From Takakia lepidozioides (lineage: Eukaryota > Plantae > Bryophyta): DNA of 64,000 nt. This document shows positions 59,402 through 64,000 of this stretch, piece by piece (position 1 is the stretch's first letter; every line of letters starts with the position of its first letter). A program made the position numbers and the translations under genes. The stretch lies in NCBI GenBank assembly GCA_030704615.1, contig CM060733.1:37448001-37512000 (forward strand), written 5' to 3'. The notes below the pieces were generated by a model. It had not been told where the DNA came from. It ran no database searches and was given only the letters and a program-made list of their open reading frames with translations.

Positions 59402-62400
59402 CACTACAACAGATTGCGGCTTTTATGACTCCCATGGGTGCGCAGTCACGACAAATTTGTGGCAGAAATGCCATTTGCAGTCGTAAATGCCTTTGAAGTC
59501 ATAACATAGATCACGACGAAGCCGTTTATGCAACTGTATGACTCCGAACTTTGCGCAACACAGGTCAAACAAGTTTGACCAAGAATATTGCCATGGCGGA
59601 TATGACTACCAATCAGGGTCATGCCCATTCTAGAATGACGTGTGCATATTGCTAAACGGACATATGACTTCATGACTGCCACTCTAATGCATTCTGCCAG
59701 ATCATCACATGTCGTCATGACATGGTGAGTCTGTGACATGGAACAACTTATGAGGTGTCTACATATGATTGGTTAAGTGGTTTTGATATTGTGGTGCGGG
59801 GGATACAAGTGTAGGGAACGGTTGCACACGAAGCAGATTAGTAGGCAGTTTGCGCTTTGTGGAGAAGAATGGAACGTGAAGCCAACATGCTAGAGAGGCG
59901 ATCTGGAACCGCATCTGTTTGTGACGTTACGTTCAAATGGTGGCGTGCATTTCAGTATTTGTTGATCGCGGACAACTTCAAAAGCAGGCCTCATACTGCG
60001 GAATAACAGACGAACAAATGATGCATTCAGGGGATACCTAAACTTATGCAAATCATTCAATTCACTCATGAGAATGATGCAAAACATTGCTCAACAAAAG
60101 TCTTTGAGCAGTGACCAAGAACACCAACAAAATATAAAATCCAATACACTCTAACATATCGCCTTGTGCATGCCGTCCCTGTAGCAGGCCGTCCCGGAGC
60201 TCGACGCCGTGTGGTACTGGAATAGAAGCTTGGCAATACGGTCTGTTCAGATCCACCCACTTTGCCATGGGGGGGTGTTCTAAGAATGGGAGAGCCCTTG
60301 AATTCTGCTTCTTGTATGATAAAACAACTGAGATAACAACTCATGTTGTTCTCTCTAATGTACATATCCCCAATGACCTGCCCCAAGCTAGAACAACAGC
60401 AGGATGACATCAGGGAATAATGATGTGGTGCAAGGCATGGAACACCTGCAGGGCAGCAGCATTGTATTGCTGAATGTACTGCACCCTGCTTGAGCCATTC
60501 ACAGATGGGGGACTCTACAAGTGAGTCACATGGTGTTATATCTGGGGCATGAGAGAAACTGCCCATAAAATGCATCTGCACAAAGAACCCATTCAACCAG
60601 CCAAAGCATCATCTACGCGGATTGCCGGATTTTTTTGGGGAAAAATGCAAACATGATAAGTAGGGACCAAGCTTAAAAGCACTCCACTGGTATTCAATGG
60701 TCCATAAACACAAGCCTGCCCAATATAAGACCCACAAAATCACTAGGGCAATTAGGTAATGTAAACTGAAAGGTACATGCACTTTGTCAACAATGTACCC
60801 AAAGGCAGAACTGATGTGTAAATCTGCATGCCGTTCCAAAGTCTATAGTGACATAAATGTCATGTCACGTTGCCAGACAGACACGCCATGTAAGTTGGAC
60901 ACCTCCAACACCCTGCAAAAAGGACACCCCCAAGGGCAACCCTTAGTGCCAGTCTTACGATTCCCACATTATTCATGAATCAATCGGGATTACATATTGA
61001 ATTTTGCCCAATACCACCCTTCATATACTTGAGATAGAGAAAGGCAGTTGGGGGAGAAAGTCGTACCTCATTCAAGGTACTAGTACACATCCACATCAAC
61101 CAACTCCTCATCACTGGACTCTGAATCTCCATTGCAACTGTCCTCCGTGGGACATGGATGTGCTTCCTCAGATCGCATGTCTCTGTAAAGTGAAGCAACC
61201 TCTTTAGGTGTCACTTGGATGGTCTGGCCCACCCTGTCACCAGCAACATTGGTCTCTTCAATGTGATTGGGGGCTAAGAGGCCTAATACACTTGCAATAT
61301 CATTGTTGCAAATGCTCACATCACAAACAGCCCTGCGTGACCTGGGGTTTTTTTCCAGCACCATGTTCCATCTCAGTTCATTCACACACTCAGAGAAAAA
61401 AACTTGCTCGACCTGTGATGGGAGCACAAAAGGCTGTTCAAGTGGAGGCAACAAGTGGGAGAAATTCACCGATGTGAAGCCAGAGTCATCCTGCTTCATT
61501 GACACAGGCTGAGAGCCCACACGTCGTGCACGTACCCATGAACACAATAGCACCGTGGTGTGTGTGGAGCCATAATCCAATTCTAAAATCTCCTTTATGA
61601 CACCCACATACCGTACGCTCTCCACCACCTGCTCACCTGAAATGCAAGTACAGTCATGCTGGAAAACAGTAGAGACCCCCGAGTCATATGTCACAAAGGG
61701 GCTGTTGAGTCCATCTGAAGTAACCCTGAAGTGGTTTCCATAAGCCGACATGCTCTTGTATGATGTTGCAATTAATGATGGGGGTTTGGACATGTCCAAC
61801 AATTCCTTGCAGGCTGAATCAGTAGCATGGTTGGCAACACTTGACACATGCTGGCGGACTGCCGTTACCAGCCATTCTGCAAAGTGAGGGGGAGCACGGA
61901 TCCTGTTCTGGTTAGCAGCATTTTCAGTCTCCAACCTGGATTTCTCCACCTCATAGGACCTGCCAACACACGCACAACCACATCAATTTATCAAGTGCAA
62001 CCCCTGCAGCCGATGGAAGAACTACTGCACACACACCTATACAAAACATACCCATGCATAGCAGGTACCAGAAGCTGTGACATGCACTCACGTTTGCCAC
62101 TTACCCCAACATAATGCTCAAACTAGGATGGTTGTGAATGACGTAGTCGTGGACAAGCTGCAACAATTCGAGGGTCAACCTCCGTGGTCAACCAACTCCT
62201 TCCAACACCCAGCCCGACACTGATTCCTCGTCTCCTGTATCCCACACTCTCCGCCTAGTAGCATCAACAGAAGACAAGTACTCTGTACAAAATCCCAATG
62301 CCTCGTCAAACACGTAGCCCTCCGCCATACTGCCCTCAGGCTTTGCCAAGTTTCGCACATACCCTTTAAATTCCTTCATTGCTCTCTCCACCGGGTACAT

Positions 62401-64000
62401 CCACCGAGAAGCTACAGGTCCACACAAATCCAGCTCATCCACCAAGTGGATAAGTAAATGTGTCATAACATCAAAAAAGGAGGGTGGGAACTCTTTCTCC
62501 AGAAGACAAAGAGTCACTACCACCTCCTTCTTCAATTCCTCATGCTCGGTGGGATCAATGAATTTTGCACAAAGCTTGCAAAAGACATGAGACACTCTTA
62601 GTATGGCATTGCGAACCCCAGGCGCCATCAACCCACGTAGAGCAAGTGGGAGGATCTGTTGCATGAGCACATGATAATCATGTGACTTCAATTGGCTCAA
62701 CTTTTGTTTGACCACATGCTTTTTGAAAGCAAAGGCATGGCCAGTGGGTACTTTCAGATTCGTGATAATCTCCAGGAACACCCGTTGCTCTGTTTTTGTG
62801 AGCACATATGGCGCATCAGGCATTACCAATGTATCCACTCTGGTGGGATGGCGTCGTAACCAAAGAGGCTTTTGAATGCCCTGCAATTCCAGATTGTGGC
62901 GAACTTTCATCGTGTCTTTTTCGCCGAAAAGAGTCTTGATTATGTTCTCCGTCACGTTCTTCTTGCAATGCATGGTATCAAAAGTGTGGCGGATGATAAG
63001 ATGCTGCACCATGTGGTCTAACAAATTAGGTACATTGCAATGTAGTCATGAATGATGTTAACAGCACAGGTTCAGTAAACAAACAATCATGCACAATGAA
63101 AACCAATGCACTGTTATGTTCCCAAAACACAGGTGTGGTAATCGCACCTCCCAGTAAGGCAAGTCAAACAGAATGGACAATCGTTTTACGCCATGGAGCC
63201 TGGGGGATCGTTCTGTGCGCCTACAGTCCCACCATCATCAATCCATTGTTTGTAATGTTGTGCACGCTCCTTGATTTCGGTGGCTGTCACTGTATGTGGA
63301 ACAGGTCTCATGTCTCACGCCCCATTAAAAATTCTGGATCTTCTATAGGCATGATTGTGGGGAAGATAGCGTCGATGCCCTTGGAATATCAATTTCTTGC
63401 AAGCTGGGGAATATCTGGAATCGACTTGAGGTCCACATGCTGGACAAGTAGAGTACCCTTGGTGAACCTGACCTGATAACAAGCCATAGGCAGGGAAGTC
63501 ATGTATGGACCACATGAGGACTGCACACATGGTAAAAGCCCGCTCTCCTTCAATGGCTGCCACATCCACGGCTGCAACTCCCACCCACAATGCCGCTAGC
63601 TCCTCCACTAGTGATTGTAGGTAAACATCCACATTTTCACTTGTCACAGATTCCTTTCCAGGAATGAGGAGTGTTAACATGACAAAAAAATTCTTCGTTA
63701 CCAACCATGGAGGTAGATTATAATTGAGCACCATGAAGGGCCAAGTGGACCAAGAAGCGGATTTTGTGCCATAAGGATTGACCCCATCCAGTGCCAATCC
63801 AAGACGCAGATTTCTTGGATCAAAAGCAAAATCCGGCCACGTGTTGTCAATATGGCACCAAGCCTTACTGTCTGCAGCATGCCAGACCATGCCATCTGCA
63901 CTTCTATGATTGTTGTGCCACTTCATGAGCTCTGCGAGCATCTTAGCTCGGAACATCCGTTTCAATCTAGGTATGAGAGGAAAGTATCGCAGCACCTTCT
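59402..64000 (-). mobile_element. CACTA (En/Spm) DNA transposon, continues beyond the window
   Basis: CACTACAAC terminus at 59402 and a TnpD-type transposase on the minus strand. Confidence 0.8.
61080..64000 (-). pseudogene. CACTA TnpD transposase (Transposase_21, DUF4218- and DUF4216-like regions), 5' end outside window
   Basis: LRYFPLIPRLKRMF..DPRNLRLGLALDGVNPYG..YNLPPW..HDFPAYG; LKSHDYHVLMQQILP..FPPSFFDVMTHL..RWMYPVER..PEGSMAEGY; YVGVIKEILELDYG..QPFVLPSQVEQVFF. In-frame stop at 63315-63317; probable introns near 63020-63150 and 61950-62100. Confidence 0.9.

Overview
Eukaryotic nuclear DNA, most likely from a seed-free land plant (bryophyte-like). The evidence is GT-AG introns, a TEL/MEI2-like gene, a PLS-class PPR gene with a DYW remnant and a CACTA transposon. 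Host genes: a 5-exon TERMINAL EAR1-like RRM gene (19.7-24.1 kb, +), a 4-exon conserved plant protein with vasculin/GPBP1-like motifs (31.6-36.1 kb, -), a PPR gene with a detached, degenerate DYW domain (38.5-40.8 kb, -) and an intronless Prp2/DHX16-type DEAH helicase (42.9-46.0 kb, -). Two unrelated mobile elements each carry a DNA methyltransferase. (1) At 0-10.6 kb a Mutator-like DDE/SWIM transposase lies head-to-head with a decayed spliced gene encoding a ParB-like (DGNHR) domain and a beta-class N6A/N4C methyltransferase-like domain. About 18 copies of a 24-bp palindrome lie only in that gene's predicted introns. (2) At 48920-58949 a 10-kb Ty3/Gypsy-type retroelement reads gag-protease-C5 cytosine methyltransferase (all major motifs present)-[RT/RNaseH almost entirely deleted]-integrase-PHD finger. 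It has a self-complementary, non-tRNA primer site. Its LTRs are circularly permuted (B-A-B...A in coding orientation) and flanked by a 4-bp target duplication, as if a two-LTR circle integrated through an internal CA-GT-TG site. Also present: tRNA-derived SINE copies, LINE remnants, SmD1 and RPS4 gene fragments, a ~230-bp G-box tandem array and the terminal part of a CACTA element. All protein family calls come from motif recognition by eye; no database searches were run.
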